46,542 bases of DNA from sequence record SRR22947725_558; one strand, written 5' to 3'. Below the pieces are notes generated by a model. That model had not been told where the DNA came from. It saw nothing but the letters and a program-made list of their open reading frames with translations, and did not search any database. This document shows, one piece after another, positions 11,502 through 20,890 of this stretch. Each line of letters opens with the position of its first letter. The stretch's first letter is position 1. Both the position numbers and the translations under genes were made by a program.

Positions 11502-13304
11502 ATGCAATCTTATAAATATGAAACCCATGAATATGATGTTGTAGTTGTGGGGGCTGGTGGTGCCGGACTAAGGGCCACTTTAGGTATGGCAGAGCAGGGT
11601 TTAAAAACTGCCTGTGTAACAAAAGTATTTCCAACCAGATCTCACACAGTTGCAGCTCAGGGAGGAATAGCCGCATCTCTCTCAAATATGGGTCCAGATA
11701 ATTGGCAGTGGCACATGTATGATACAGTAAAAGGCTCCGACTGGCTTGGTGATACTGATGCGATGGAGTACCTGGCGAGAGAAGCTCCTAAAGCCGTTTA
11801 TGAGTTAGAACACTATGGGGTACCTTTCTCAAGGACAGAGGAAGGTAAAATATATCAACGGCCTTTTGGGGGACATACAACAGAGTTTGGTGAAGGGCCT
11901 CCTGTACAACGAACATGCGCCGCGGCAGATAGAACAGGTCACGCAATGCTACATACTCTTTACGGACAATCATTAAAGAATAATGCCGAGTTCTATATCG
12001 AATACTTTGCTATTGACCTTATAATGACGCCCGACGGCACTTGCACAGGTGTTTTATGTTGGAAATTAGAAGATGGAACTTTACATCTTTTTTCAGCAAA
12101 AATGGTTGTTTTAGCGACTGGTGGGTACGGTCGTGCATACTTTTCTGCAACCTCTGCACACACTTGTACTGGAGATGGAGGAGGCTTAGTTGCAAGAGCA
12201 GGATTACCTCTACAAGATATGGAGTTCGTTCAATTCCATCCAACAGGAATATATGGTGCGGGCTGTTTAATTACCGAAGGTGCCAGAGGTGAAGGTGGAT
12301 ATCTAACTAATTCCTCAGGTGAACGTTTTATGGAACGGTATGCCCCAACCTATAAAGATCTAGCTTCTAGAGATGTTGTATCAAGATGTATGACTATGGA
12401 AATCCGTGAGGGTCGCGGGGTAGGCGAGCACTCAGACCATATTCATCTTAACCTCAACCATCTTCCTGCTGAAACTTTAGCAACTAGGTTACCAGGAATA
12501 TCAGAAAGTGCTCGAATTTTTGCAGGTGTTGATTTGACAAAAGACCCCGTCCCTGTTCTTCCAACTGTGCATTATAATATGGGCGGAATCCCAACTAATT
12601 ATTGGGGTGAAGTTTTATCTCCAACAGATACTGATCATGATCGAGTGGTTCCAGGGTTAATGGCTGTCGGAGAAGCAGGGTGCGCATCTGTTCATGGAGC
12701 AAACAGATTAGGCTCTAATTCTCTGATAGATTTAGTAGTTTTTGGGCGGGCAGCAGGTATTCGAGCAGGCAAAGTTGTAGACAGAAAATCTCCGAACCCT
12801 ACAATTTCTTCAAATGAGGTTGATAAAATATTAAATAGATTTGATAACCTACGTTATTCAAAAGGCGCTATTCCTACCGCTGATCTTAGACTTGAAATGC
12901 AAAAAACAATGCAATCTGACGCCGCAGTCTTCAGGACTGACAAGACTTTAGCAGAAGGTGTAGAAAAAATGAACGCCGTATCTAAAAAGATGTTGGACAT
13001 CCAAGTTACTGATCGTTCAATGATTTGGAATTCTGACCTTATGGAAACACTAGAGTTAACAAATTTAATGCCAAATGCGATAGCAACTATTGTTGCGGCA
13101 GAAGCCCGAAAAGAAAGCCGCGGAGCACACGCGCATGAAGACTACCCTGAGCGAGATGATGAAGCGTGGCGCAAACACTCTTTAGTGTATTGTGGAGAAA
13201 GCACATCATTAAAATACAGAGATGTACACCTAAAGCCTTTAACACAACAAAAAGACGGTGGCATCGACCTAAAGAAAATTGCTCCAAAAGCACGGGTTTA
13301 CTAA
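11502..13304 (+). CDS. sdhA: Succinate dehydrogenase flavoprotein subunit
   Basis: [16 protein letters not shown] covalent-FAD His, [16 protein letters not shown]; start set at ATG 11502 behind GGAG. Confidence 0.98.
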   Translation: MQSYKYETHEYDVVVVGAGGAGLRATLGMAEQGLKTACVTKVFPTRSHTVAAQGGIAASLSNMGPDNWQWHMYDTVKGSDWLGDTDAMEYLAREAPKAVYELEHYGVPFSRTEEGKIYQRPFGGHTTEFGEGPPVQRTCAAADRTGHAMLHTLYGQSLKNNAEFYIEYFAIDLIMTPDGTCTGVLCWKLEDGTLHLFSAKMVVLATGGYGRAYFSATSAHTCTGDGGGLVARAGLPLQDMEFVQFHPTGIYGAGCLITEGARGEGGYLTNSSGERFMERYAPTYKDLASRDVVSRCMTMEIREGRGVGEHSDHIHLNLNHLPAETLATRLPGISESARIFAGVDLTKDPVPVLPTVHYNMGGIPTNYWGEVLSPTDTDHDRVVPGLMAVGEAGCASVHGANRLGSNSLIDLVVFGRAAGIRAGKVVDRKSPNPTISSNEVDKILNRFDNLRYSKGAIPTADLRLEMQKTMQSDAAVFRTDKTLAEGVEKMNAVSKKMLDIQVTDRSMIWNSDLMETLELTNLMPNAIATIVAAEARKESRGAHAHEDYPERDDEAWRKHSLVYCGESTSLKYRDVHLKPLTQQKDGGIDLKKIAPKARVY

Positions 13305-13322
13305 AAACTTTAAGTTCATATT

Positions 13323-13985
13323 CTAATTAGAGCTGGCAAAACCATTTAGAACAAGGGTTTGGGCAATTCCAAGTCCCAATTTACGGGTATTTTCAGAGTT
13401 CAAATGCAATCCATCTATTGGGTCTGGCTCGCAAAAACTAGAGGCATCTGCAAAATATGTATCCTGCTCAGCCGCCAAGTCTCCATATAGCTTAGACAGT
13501 TCGGGCAACCACTGTGTAAGATCATTCAATTCGGGATGACCTTCTCCTTTCACAGAAGATATTGGCAAACAATTTGGAGGAGAGACTATCATCACTTTAG
13601 GAGGCTTGGTATTAGGCACAGAACTTCCTGTAGCTAACGGCAAATCTCTCACAGTAGAAATCAAAGTCCGCATTGCATTGGCTGTATCTTGTGGCTTGCG
13701 TCCAGCTAATGCAAAAGGGTCATTCGTTCCCAGCGCTAAAATGACAAGATCCAGTGGGGCAGCTTGTTGCAGCGCTACAGGTAAGTACGTTAAACCATTT
13801 CGTCCGGGTTTGTCTTCAAATTCAAGATCTGTGGTCCTTCCTCCAAGGCCAGCTTCCCATACGGTTACACCTTGTAAAGTAGCAGCAAGAACATTTGGCC
13901 AACGATCTACAAAACAGTGACGATCTTTTTTGCTCGCATTACGCCCCCAAACAAGAGAATCTCCAAAAACTAATATTGACTTCAT
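13323..13985 (-). CDS. SGNH/GDSL hydrolase (arylesterase-like)
   Basis: FGDSL block I, GLGGRTT block II, LGTND block III, DGLH block V. Confidence 0.9.
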   Translation of the reverse strand: MKSILVFGDSLVWGRNASKKDRHCFVDRWPNVLAATLQGVTVWEAGLGGRTTDLEFEDKPGRNGLTYLPVALQQAAPLDLVILALGTNDPFALAGRKPQDTANAMRTLISTVRDLPLATGSSVPNTKPPKVMIVSPPNCLPISSVKGEGHPELNDLTQWLPELSKLYGDLAAEQDTYFADASSFCEPDPIDGLHLNSENTRKLGLGIAQTLVLNGFASSN

Positions 13986-14091
13986 TAAGAACCTTTAAGC
14001 TACTAATTAAATATATTTAAAAACACAGGAGCGGTAAACTGGCAAGAGTTTAGTATTGATGTGGATTTAGTATTTTATCTAATCTTTTAAA

Positions 14092-14772
14092 CTATTGAGC
14101 CAAAAGTTTAAGGCCTTGTGTGACATCAGCTTTAACAGCCAAACGTAAACTAGGCTCATCACCTAACTTCAAAGCCTCTATAATCGATTGATGGTGTTGG
14201 GGAGAATTAGTTCGCTGCAATTTACCATATAAACTCCTCATCGTTGGACCCAACTGTAACCAAACCGTTTCCAATAGAGCAAGTGTCGCTGGCGCTTGAG
14301 CTCTCAAATATAGAGACCTATGAAATTCTAGATTATACCTGATATAATCTACAGAGCTCTCCGCCCTTATGGCCCGCCCAATAAAATCGTTAGTAGTTTC
14401 TAATCTTTCTATTAATGCTGAATGAGCGCGCGGCAGCGCACGAGTAGCAAGGTCTGGTTCCAAAAGGGCGCGTAACGAGGCCAACTCCTCTATTCGATCG
14501 TTTGTTAACTCTGGTGTAGAAATTCTACCAGAAATAGAGAGGTTTAATGCGCCTTCTGCTACTAAACGCCTTACTGCTTCTCGGATCGGAGTCATAGAAA
14601 CCCCAAACTCTTTCCCTACTCCTCTTAAGGTCATAGAGGTTCCAGGAAAAACCTCTCCATGCATTATTAGAGATCTCAAACGCCGATAAATATATTCATT
14701 TGCAGAACCTGTAGGAACCTCGGAGTTAACTTCCAAACCTAAGCTAAACTGTTTTAATTTACCTTTACTCAT
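14092..14772 (-). CDS. akgR: GntR/FCD transcriptional regulator, probable AkgR ortholog
   Basis: wHTH GVSMTPIREA plus FCD domain; next to sdh; GTGATCAC palindrome just upstream, matching the boxes before sucA and sdhC. Confidence 0.75.
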   Translation of the reverse strand: MSKGKLKQFSLGLEVNSEVPTGSANEYIYRRLRSLIMHGEVFPGTSMTLRGVGKEFGVSMTPIREAVRRLVAEGALNLSISGRISTPELTNDRIEELASLRALLEPDLATRALPRAHSALIERLETTNDFIGRAIRAESSVDYIRYNLEFHRSLYLRAQAPATLALLETVWLQLGPTMRSLYGKLQRTNSPQHHQSIIEALKLGDEPSLRLAVKADVTQGLKLLAQ

Positions 14773-14778
14773 GTCAGT

Positions 14779-14790
14779 ATGTGATCACAA
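14779..14790. promoter_or_regulatory. TGTGATCACA palindrome just upstream of the GntR gene (probable autoregulatory site)
   Basis: GTGATCAC at 14781-14788, 8 nt from the ATG at 14772. Confidence 0.7.
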
Positions 14791-14810
14791 AATTAAATAA
14801 TAGCAAACCC

Positions 14811-15512
14811 CTAAAATTGATATGAATGTAGTCTTTCACCATTTTGCTTTAGCCAGAACCTAAATTCTTTATAATTCGGCATTAATGCTTCCACCTGCTT
14901 CCAAAAATTAATTGAGTGATTCATTTCTACTAAATGACTAACCTCATGAACTACCAGGTAATCTAAGACAGACTTTGGTGCTAAAACAAGTCTCCAGGAG
15001 TACGAAATATTACCTGCTACACTACATGAACCCCACCTAGACTTTGTATCCCTTATAGTGATCCTGCCATATTTTTTTTCAATCAATTTAGTGTAATAGT
15101 CTGTCCGTTCACAAAACCTTTGACGAGCTAACTCAATCAAAAATGCTTTCAAACGAAGGTTAAAGCTTTTCTCTTTTAACGGTGCTATTATCGTACCCTC
15201 CTTAAGTATTATTTTTTTTCCACCACCAGCTATTATTGTATGTGGAACTCCCCCTATTGGTAAAACGGTTCCATGTTTTACCAAAACCTTTTCAATTTTA
15301 TTCACTATCTGCTTACGGATCCACTCTACTTTATCACATGCAAATTTTTCGGCATCTTTCATTTTAACATGCACTGGAACAATCAAAAAGACATTGCCAT
15401 CGACTCCAGATACTCTCAAAGAAACTCTTTTAGCTCTTTGTGACTTTTTTACGAAAATTTGCACCCCAGGAAAACCCACAGTAATAGAATATAATTTTTC
15501 AGTGTTATCCAT
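14811..15512 (-). CDS. M48/YgjP-like (DUF45) zinc metallohydrolase
   Basis: SRWGSCS, HEVSHL (HExxH), NHSINFW. Confidence 0.88.
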   Translation of the reverse strand: MDNTEKLYSITVGFPGVQIFVKKSQRAKRVSLRVSGVDGNVFLIVPVHVKMKDAEKFACDKVEWIRKQIVNKIEKVLVKHGTVLPIGGVPHTIIAGGGKKIILKEGTIIAPLKEKSFNLRLKAFLIELARQRFCERTDYYTKLIEKKYGRITIRDTKSRWGSCSVAGNISYSWRLVLAPKSVLDYLVVHEVSHLVEMNHSINFWKQVEALMPNYKEFRFWLKQNGERLHSYQF

Positions 15513-15659
15513 AAATTTAGACCCTAACGCACTATTTTAGGTGAACAAGTACAAAAAACTTTAAAAGTCATAAGAAAAATATTGGAAAGTCTTTGACACT
15601 AAGCTCTGCCTGTGGCAACTGCCTAGTCTAGAATATCTTGTTTTTAAAAGAGGAAAATT

Positions 15660-15998
15660 ATGCCCAAAGAAGAATGGGGGGTTAAACGTGTTTGCCCTAG
15701 TTGCTCAGTAAGATTTTATGATCTTAAAAAAGATCCCATGTTGTGTCCAGCATGTGGTCATGAATTCTCTCTTGAGGTTCTTCTTGGGAACAAGTCGCGC
15801 ACCATGGAAGCTGACAAACCTGATGCGCAAAATAAAGAGAATGATATCATAGACGAAAATGCAGAAATAGTTTTAGAAGATGATGAAGATATAGTTATAG
15901 AGGATGATCTTTTAGAAAATGATGGATTACTTGAAGATGATGACGAAGAAACGGTTAGTCTTGATGATATAGCTGATGTGCCCGCAAAAGAAGAATAA
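15660..15998 (+). CDS. TIGR02300 / FYDLN-acid family protein
   Basis: WGVKRVCPSCSVRFYDL...CPACG zinc ribbon with an acidic tail. Confidence 0.92.
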   Translation: MPKEEWGVKRVCPSCSVRFYDLKKDPMLCPACGHEFSLEVLLGNKSRTMEADKPDAQNKENDIIDENAEIVLEDDEDIVIEDDLLENDGLLEDDDEETVSLDDIADVPAKEE

Positions 15999-16049
15999 GT
16001 CACTTGGCTTTCTCTCTCAAAATGTTTAAAAAATCACTCAGTTGACATT

Positions 16050-16125
<76 letters not shown>

Positions 16126-16144
16126 ACACCTTATATTTTAATTG

Positions 16145-16188
16145 AGTCCCTTATAATTAAGGTAATGAGTATTTTTTTAAAAGGGACT
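16145..16188. terminator. Inverted repeat between convergent tRNA-Ala and the CoA-transferase
   Basis: AGTCCCTT...AAGGGACT with an inner CCTTATAATTAAGG. Confidence 0.3.
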
Positions 16189-16193
16189 TTACT

Positions 16194-17432
16194 CTAGATT
16201 ACTTTCATTTCCTTTAATGATTTAATTTCTTCATCTGATAACTTTACCCAGTCCAGTAAGATTTCTTTTGTATGCTCCCCCAAAATTGGTGGTGCATTCC
16301 TATAGGTAGCTGGTGACTCACTAAGCTTTGCCGGGAAAGCAACTGTTTTTATAGTAACACCATCAGAGCGTTTAAGATCAATTTCCATTTCCCTTGCAAT
16401 AACTTGTGGATCTGAAAACACTTCAGGCAGATTGTTTATAGGGCCACAAGGAACATTCACGGCTTCAAGTAACTCAATAATACCTTGTTTTTTCATTTTT
16501 TCCAATACCAACTGTAGTTCATCCTCAAGAGCTTCTCTGTTTTTAAGCCTCGCCTCATTCGATTTGTATTTAGGATCATTTGAGATCTTTGAAAGTCCTA
16601 GAGCATGACATAATCTCTGAAATTGTCCATCATTCCCACAGCTTATTATTAAATGTCCATCTAATGAAGCAAAGACCCGATAAGGTATCACATTAGGATG
16701 ACTATTACCCATTCTACTAGGTACAATATCACCGTTTAACCAGTTCGATGCTTGATTTGCTAACATGGAAACCTGACTGTCCATTAAAGAACAATCTATA
16801 TGTTGCCCTTTACCTGTACGATTCCTGTAATGCAAAGCAGCTAGGATTGAAGACCCCGCATTCATTCCTGTAAACAAATCACAGATAGCTACCCCTACCT
16901 TCATTGGTTCTCCACCACTAATGTTTTCAGGCTGACCAGTAATACTCATTAACCCACCCATACCTTGTATTAGGAAGTCATAACCTAATCGGTTAGCATA
17001 AGGTCCACTCTGACCAAAACCAGTAATCGAACAATAGATTATCTTTGGGTTAATTTCCTTAATAGCGTCATAATCTAATTTGTATTTTTTTAACCCACCG
17101 ACCTTAAAGTTTTCTACAATAATATCTGCCTCTCGCGAAAGAGTATGGATCAGAGAGGCTCCCTCAGGTTTTGAAAAGTCGATAGTAATTGATCTTTTAT
17201 TACGGTTGGCGCATGAGAAATATGCAGCTTCACCTTTTGAGCCATCTGCTCTGGTAATAAAAGGTGGCCCCCAAGACCGAGTATCATCACCGGTTACCAC
17301 TGACTCAACCTTAACAACATCTGCTCCTAAATCAGCTAACATTTGAGTGGCCCAAGGACCTGCCAAAACTCGACTTAGATCGAGAACTTTTATTCCTTCA
17401 AGAGCCATTGCGCCTGTGGTGACATTTGTCAT
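16194..17432 (-). CDS. Class III (CaiB/BaiF) CoA-transferase
   Basis: DLSRVLAGP, LGADVVKVE, NRNKRSI, ITGFGQSGP, GYDFLIQG, catalytic Asp in VAICDLFTG. Confidence 0.93.
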   Translation of the reverse strand: MTNVTTGAMALEGIKVLDLSRVLAGPWATQMLADLGADVVKVESVVTGDDTRSWGPPFITRADGSKGEAAYFSCANRNKRSITIDFSKPEGASLIHTLSREADIIVENFKVGGLKKYKLDYDAIKEINPKIIYCSITGFGQSGPYANRLGYDFLIQGMGGLMSITGQPENISGGEPMKVGVAICDLFTGMNAGSSILAALHYRNRTGKGQHIDCSLMDSQVSMLANQASNWLNGDIVPSRMGNSHPNVIPYRVFASLDGHLIISCGNDGQFQRLCHALGLSKISNDPKYKSNEARLKNREALEDELQLVLEKMKKQGIIELLEAVNVPCGPINNLPEVFSDPQVIAREMEIDLKRSDGVTIKTVAFPAKLSESPATYRNAPPILGEHTKEILLDWVKLSDEEIKSLKEMKVI

Positions 17433-17548
17433 TTGGTTTCCTTCATCTAAAAAATCTTATTAATATAATTGCTACTAGGAAATTAATACTTATTGTAACG
17501 TATGAAATATTAATGTGAATGTTAAATCAAAATATTTGAGGTGAATAA

Positions 17549-18709
17549 TTGGACTTTACTCTGTCAAGTGAACAAATAGAATTACAGGACTCCGTTCGAA
17601 AGTTTGCTAAAAACGAATTGACCACTGTTGCAGCCGAAATTGAGCGTACCGGTAAACCACCTACCAAGAAAATAATTCAGAAATTCTCTGATATGGGTTT
17701 TCTCGGTGTAAATCTGCCACAAAAATATGGTGGGTTAGGTATGAGTAACTTTGAGGCTGTTCTCGTACTCGAGGAAGTAGCAAAAATTTCGATTGCACTC
17801 GCTTTCCCAGTTTTTGAAAGTTGTTTTGGACCGGCATTAGCTATTTCATATTTTGCATCAGAGAAGTTAAAAGAGAAAACACTCTTCAAGGTATGCTCAG
17901 GTAACATGATTTTAGCAGTTGCCATGTCTGAGCCACATGCTGGTTCAGCACTGACTGACCTAAGTACCAGTGCCACAATTAGGAATGGTAAAATTTTAGT
18001 TAGTGGCACAAAACGTTGGTGCTCCGGAGCAAGTCATGCCGATGCTTATGTCGTTTATTGTAAAATGTCCAATGAACGAGGTGCAAATGGAATAGGTGCT
18101 GTTTTAATCGAAAAAAACCGGCCTGGATTAAGTTTTGGAAAAAAAGAGCGGCATATGGGTTGGAGGGGTGTCGTAAGCGCAGATATGCACTTTGATAATA
18201 TCAGCTTACCACTTGAAAACATTGTTTTACCGGCAGGTGGCTTCAAAAAATTAATGAAAGCATTTGATCTTGAACGCTGCGGCAATACCACTATGAGCCT
18301 GGCATGTGCACAATCTGCGTTTGATTATGTGCTCAATTACGTTCAAGAAAGAAAACAGTTTGGAAAACAGCTTATCGATTTCCAGGCCGTGCAAATTTCA
18401 ATTGCTGAAATGAAAATGAAACTGGATGCTTCTCGAATGTTGTTATATAGGGCAGTTACTAACACTGGTGGTAAACTCCCAACAGCGGGCGAAAGTTCTA
18501 TAGCAAAGTGTTACGCAAATGAGATTTGTCGTGAAGTCACTGGTAAAGCAATGCAACTTATGGGAGCGTATGGTTACTCAAGCGACTACCCAATCGAACA
18601 GAAATTTCGAGATTCATGGGGTTGGGGGATAGCTGGAGGAGCAATCGACATTCAAAAGACAAATATTGCAGCCTCTCTAATAGGAAGACGTTTCAACCAA
18701 AGAGACTGA
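17549..18709 (+). CDS. Acyl-CoA dehydrogenase family protein
   Basis: MSEPHAGS, GTKRWCS, ERKQFG, MGAYGY; TTG start behind GAGGTG. Confidence 0.93.
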   Translation: MDFTLSSEQIELQDSVRKFAKNELTTVAAEIERTGKPPTKKIIQKFSDMGFLGVNLPQKYGGLGMSNFEAVLVLEEVAKISIALAFPVFESCFGPALAISYFASEKLKEKTLFKVCSGNMILAVAMSEPHAGSALTDLSTSATIRNGKILVSGTKRWCSGASHADAYVVYCKMSNERGANGIGAVLIEKNRPGLSFGKKERHMGWRGVVSADMHFDNISLPLENIVLPAGGFKKLMKAFDLERCGNTTMSLACAQSAFDYVLNYVQERKQFGKQLIDFQAVQISIAEMKMKLDASRMLLYRAVTNTGGKLPTAGESSIAKCYANEICREVTGKAMQLMGAYGYSSDYPIEQKFRDSWGWGIAGGAIDIQKTNIAASLIGRRFNQRD

Positions 18710-18721
18710 AAAAGAAATTAA

Positions 18722-18798
18722 TGGCGCGCTGGGGAGGATTCGAACCCCCGACCCCTTGATTCGTAGTCAAGTACTCTATCCAACTGAGCTACCAGCGC
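18722..18798 (-). tRNA. tRNA-Arg(ACG)
   Basis: GCGCTGGTAGCTCAGTTGGATAGAGTA-CTTGA-CT-ACG-AA-TCAAG...GGTTCGAATCC...CAGCGCGCCA, 77 nt. Confidence 0.98.
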
Positions 18799-18812
18799 GC
18801 GGGGGTCAGGAG

Positions 18813-18841
18813 GATGTACCTCTGGAGACTTTTCTTTGCAA
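18813..18841 (-). promoter_or_regulatory. Putative tRNA-Arg promoter (TTGCAA-N17-TACATC)
   Basis: Correct spacing, followed by a GC-rich discriminator before the tRNA. Confidence 0.5.
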
Positions 18842-19059
18842 GTATTATTCATCAAACAAACTTAACTCCAAAATAAAAAATAACTAAATAAAGTATCCTT
18901 ATTAAATAACTAATATCTAAAGTTTGCTTCGATTATATGGAATTATTTACTATCAATCATAAATAATTATAAACATAACGGATTTTGGCCGTTGACCTAA
19001 CCGAATACTAACGTTAATAGACACCACTTAATAACTTATTATATTCGGGATGTTAAATC

Positions 19060-19194
19060 ATGAAGCGTACATTTCAGCCTTCTAACCTAGTTCGCAAACA
19101 TCGACATGGTTTTCGAGCAAGAATGGCCACAAAAGCAGGAAGAAAAATTCTTAATGCTCGTAGAGCCAAGGGGCGCAAGTCGCTTAGTGCTTAA
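19060..19194 (+). CDS. rpmH: 50S ribosomal protein L34
   Basis: Not in the ORF track; [44 protein letters not shown]. Confidence 0.98.
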   Translation: MKRTFQPSNLVRKHRHGFRARMATKAGRKILNARRAKGRKSLSA

Positions 19195-19262
19195 ATAATT
19201 CCTAAAAAGACACTCTGTTATAAAATTGTAACTTATGAGAGATATACCTTTTAGGGTCTAAA

Positions 19263-19613
19263 ATGAATGTCACTAAAATAACCCTTACCACAATTTTAAA
19301 GCGAAGAGATTTCTTATTAGTTGCGGCTGAAAAGCGTTCTGGGCAACCAGGACTTTTGTTGCAAGGTCGAAATAGGCAAGATGGTAGCTCAAGTACTAGA
19401 GTTGGATATACTTGCTCAAAAAAACTAGGTAACGCCATTGCCCGTAATAAAGCAAAACGTCGTCTCAGAGAAATTTCTAAAGCCACATTAACAGTAAAGG
19501 GCAACCCAGGTTGGGATTATGTTTTAGTAGGGCGTCCAAAAACTACGCTTGAGAGAAATTATTCTTTATTAATTGAAGACCTAAATAAGGCTATTAAGAA
19601 AGTTCACTCATGA
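19263..19613 (+). CDS. rnpA: Ribonuclease P protein component
   Basis: RVGYTCSKKLGNAIARNKAKRRLRE (RNR motif); follows rpmH. Confidence 0.96.
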   Translation: MNVTKITLTTILKRRDFLLVAAEKRSGQPGLLLQGRNRQDGSSSTRVGYTCSKKLGNAIARNKAKRRLREISKATLTVKGNPGWDYVLVGRPKTTLERNYSLLIEDLNKAIKKVHS

Positions 19614-19828
19614 CACCGTTTGCTTACCTATTATCTCTACCTATCAGATTATATAGGCTTGTCTTTTCACCTTGGGTAGGTTCAAACTGTCGTTTCATGC
19701 CCACTTGTTCAGCTTATGCATTAGATGCTTTAAAAAAACATGGTGCGATCAAAGGTATAAATCTAACTTTCAGAAGAGTCCTAAAGTGCCATCCGCTTGG
19801 AGGCTCTGGGATAGACAATGTTCCTTAG
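19610..19828 (+). CDS. yidD: Membrane protein insertion efficiency factor
   Basis: CRFMPTCSAY...CHPLGGSG. Confidence 0.95.
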   Translation: MTPFAYLLSLPIRLYRLVFSPWVGSNCRFMPTCSAYALDALKKHGAIKGINLTFRRVLKCHPLGGSGIDNVP

Positions 19829-19919
19829 AACGATTTAAAGGGGTGATTATCATGTAAAATACTTATTATAAATACAGATTTCACTTCACTTACTCTCAAC
19901 ACAACAATATATGTGAGCC

Positions 19920-20756
19920 ATGCTAGATAATTCTCCTATTCATCCATTGTTTGATAATGCACCTTCAACAACGGAGTTTAAAAAGCTACGCAAACGAATA
20001 ATTAGGGAAACTCGTCAGGCTATCTGTGACTTTGGTATGCTGGAGCCGGGTGCTCGATGGTTGGTTTGCCTGTCAGGCGGCAAAGATAGCTACACACTAT
20101 TAGCAGCCCTAACAGAATTGCAATGGCGCGGGCTGTTACCCGTAGAGATCCTAGCTTGTAATTTGGACCAAGGCCAACCTAATTTTCCTGCGACTATACT
20201 ACCAAAATTTTTAAAGGGCATGAGCGTACCTCATAGAATAGAATATCAAGACACTTACACTATAGTTACTGATAAAGTACCGAAAGGTCGTACATATTGT
20301 TCACTTTGTTCACGATTGAGACGTGGTATTCTATATCGTATTGCTCGAGAGGAAGGTTGTTCAGCTATTGTTTTAGGACACCATAGAGAAGACATTCTTG
20401 AGACGTTTATGTTAAATTTGTTCCATGGCTCTCGTTTAGCCGCAATGCCACCAAAGCTTCTAAATGATGAGGGTGACGTATTCGTTTATAGACCTTTAGC
20501 ATATGTTGCTGAGGCTGATTGTGAGAAATTCTCGACTGCGATGGACTATCCAATAATTCCATGTGATCTTTGCGGGTCTCAAGATGGGCTCCAAAGGCAA
20601 AATATAAAAGAATTACTGAACGGTTGGGAAGAAAAACATCCAGGGCGTAAACAAAAAATTTTTAGAGGATTGATGAATAGCAACCCTTCTCACCTTTTAG
20701 ATACAACTATATTCGATTTTAAAGGCTTAGTACGAAATAGCTCGCCAAAAAATTAA
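19920..20756 (+). CDS. ttcA: tRNA 2-thiocytidine(32) synthetase
   Basis: SGGKDS PP-loop, [20 protein letters not shown]. Confidence 0.96.
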   Translation: MLDNSPIHPLFDNAPSTTEFKKLRKRIIRETRQAICDFGMLEPGARWLVCLSGGKDSYTLLAALTELQWRGLLPVEILACNLDQGQPNFPATILPKFLKGMSVPHRIEYQDTYTIVTDKVPKGRTYCSLCSRLRRGILYRIAREEGCSAIVLGHHREDILETFMLNLFHGSRLAAMPPKLLNDEGDVFVYRPLAYVAEADCEKFSTAMDYPIIPCDLCGSQDGLQRQNIKELLNGWEEKHPGRKQKIFRGLMNSNPSHLLDTTIFDFKGLVRNSSPKN

Positions 20757-20890
20757 AAAGTAATAAAACACCTTAATTCCTGCTAATTAATAACTCTATT
20801 GCGGTAAATATCTAGAGAAAAAGCTTGACCTTCTCTACATCAAGATGTTGAACCATTTTAAATTTAAATATTATAGGTGGTAGTCCCATA

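Noticed and set aside
15840..15990. GATGAT/GAAGAT low-complexity tract
   Set aside because: Encodes the normal acidic tail of TIGR02300 proteins
16126..18721. Prophage or integrative element at the tRNAs
   Set aside because: No integrase, no duplicated tRNA 3' end, and composition looks like the flanks
18842..19059. AT-rich spacer upstream of rpmH as oriC
   Set aside because: No dnaA and no cluster of TTATCCACA boxes; explained by divergent tRNA-Arg and rpmH promoters
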